Positions 62,722 to 64,000 of a DNA stretch of 64,000 bases are shown here, in pieces. This stretch comes from Anaeramoeba ignava BMAN (lineage: Eukaryota > Protista > Anaeramoebae), in the NCBI GenBank assembly GCA_028826165.1, contig JAPDFW010000092.1, positions 806,001-870,000 on the forward strand. The letters are read 5' to 3'. Every line of letters begins with the position of its first letter. The first letter of the stretch is position 1. Both the position numbers and the translations under genes were made by a program. The notes below the pieces were generated by a model. The model made no database searches. It saw only the letters and a list, made by a program, of their open reading frames with translations, and was not told where the DNA came from.

Positions 62722-64000
62722 TCAGAAATACATTTGTATAAACTGAATTAATTGCTGTGATTGAACAATGCAATTATCTTCAAGAGGAACAAAGGAAGAT
62801 ATTCTATATTGACGAGATAACTTTTCCATATAAGAATTCTCGTAAATACTTATAAAAAATAAAAAACGTCGATTTTGGATTTTTTGGAAAACTTGTTCAT
62901 ATTCTTGAGTTTTTTGAGATTGAAAAAGATCATTAAGATAAGAAGCTTTAACGGAAAGTAACTCTTCAGCAACATCATTAAAAGCAGTAGTGAAAATGAA
63001 ATTTGAAGAGTCAGCAATATGAACTTTGAGGATGTATTTATACTCACAATTAGGATAATCCTGGTCGCATTTCTCGCAATACCAACGGTCGCCAATTTGT
63101 TTCATTTTCTTCGAGCAATTCTCAGAAGGACAAGAAGGATATGCTACTTTGTCAAAGTTGGATGAAGTAATATTTATAATAGTCCCGGCAATAACAAAAC
63201 TTTGCGACTTTTTTTCGCCCAAATCGATGGTCATAATATCCTGAATCATAAATCGTGGTCTTGTGACCCAATTGTAATTCTTTGTGACGATTTTTCCTGC
63301 AAGCGGGAGATCCGTATCATTTCCGTTTTGTGTGAAATGGCGAATCAAATCCCGAGCAACAGGAAGATTTGGATTGAAATATAATTGAGAAGTTGATGAA
63401 ATTGATAAATTTTTTGTTTGATATTCTCCAATTTTCCCGCTTTTAATTGCAAGTACAATTGGTTCTTCAAAGTTTGAGATGTCGATATTTTTTGCAGATT
63501 CACCCCAAAAAACAAGATCGATTTTCGAGTTTTTATCGCAAAGAAAACCCGATCTTTTTGATGTTTCTCCATTGCGAGTATTTATAACGGAAATGGGGGA
63601 TAAATTTTGCAAAACACCAACCATATCGACAGTTGATCCTTTTGGAAATTGGTCAATCTGCACAAGTGGCAAAAAGTCAAAGTGAAATTTCGCAATATTT
63701 TCATCGTCCTCTTGAAGCGTTACTGAGCTGTTGCTATTCAAATTGATTTGATAACCGCTGTTTCCATGTGAAAACCCAGGCTTAGAATCCTTCACTATTC
63801 CTTTACTTATTAAATATATTTTTCCCACTTGGAATTGATTATAAAATAAATCGACATCATCGTTAAAAATTGTTGCACGAATTTCAGTCCCAAATTTATC
63901 CAGTAAATCGATAGAAAATAATTTTCCATTTTGTGATCGATTTGCAAAATTTCGAATGTCACTTTTTTTTAAAACTCGAACTTTAATAATCCAATCTTTG
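62722..64000 (-). CDS. RPA1: Replication protein A 70-kDa subunit, 5'-partial (frame is open to the window end)
   Basis: OB-A WIIKVRVLKKSDIRNF...GKLFSIDLLD...EIRATIFN, OB-B TVDMVGV, and OB-C zinc ribbon YPSCPSENCSKKM...WYCEKCD. Confidence 0.95.
   Translation of the reverse strand, partial: KDWIIKVRVLKKSDIRNFANRSQNGKLFSIDLLDKFGTEIRATIFNDDVDLFYNQFQVGKIYLISKGIVKDSKPGFSHGNSGYQINLNSNSSVTLQEDDENIAKFHFDFLPLVQIDQFPKGSTVDMVGVLQNLSPISVINTRNGETSKRSGFLCDKNSKIDLVFWGESAKNIDISNFEEPIVLAIKSGKIGEYQTKNLSISSTSQLYFNPNLPVARDLIRHFTQNGNDTDLPLAGKIVTKNYNWVTRPRFMIQDIMTIDLGEKKSQSFVIAGTIINITSSNFDKVAYPSCPSENCSKKMKQIGDRWYCEKCDQDYPNCEYKYILKVHIADSSNFIFTTAFNDVAEELLSVKASYLNDLFQSQKTQEYEQVFQKIQNRRFLFFISIYENSYMEKLSRQYRISSFVPLEDNCIVQSQQLIQFIQMYF

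Noticed and set aside
1-64000. Alternative genetic code (stop-codon reassignment)
   Set aside because: Long exons have no in-frame stops, TAA, TAG and TGA each end genes, and conserved Trp and Gln use TGG and CAA/CAG.

Overview
Very AT-rich, intron-rich, gene-dense eukaryotic (protist-type) DNA. It uses the standard genetic code, with TAA, TAG and TGA all seen as stops. Joining exons by hand gives 16 housekeeping/signalling genes: TM9SF (3'-partial), a RasGAP-PH protein, presequence protease PreP, a TMEM185/203-like protein, a CH-domain protein, a HUWE1/Tom1-like HECT ligase, an endosulfine/ARPP19/Igo gene missed by the ORF track, a CTL/SLC44 transporter, a Rab, Bet5/TRAPPC1, lysyl-tRNA synthetase, a Ras, a P5B-type ATPase, dymeclin, Vti1 and RPA1 (5'-partial). 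There is also one doubtful hypothetical gene. Most large introns and several 3' flanks are filled with locus-specific simple tandem repeats, which explain most of the low-complexity ORFs in the track. The most striking structure is at about 44.6-55.8 kb. Two identical intron-containing tRNA-Tyr(GTA) genes face inward, each preceded by 11 copies of a ~146-bp AT-rich satellite. Together they form ~1.8-kb inverted arms around a ~7.7-kb core holding one gene, a P5B-ATPase with the P5A-type PPELP motif. A T-flanked TCATTTT initiator-like motif precedes most start codons on the coding strand. Five single-base frameshifts, mostly at homopolymer runs, suggest residual long-read assembly errors. The overall style (NQ/NE coding repeats, MLS- leader on PreP, Inr-like motif) would fit an anaerobic protist such as Anaeramoeba, but that is only an inference.
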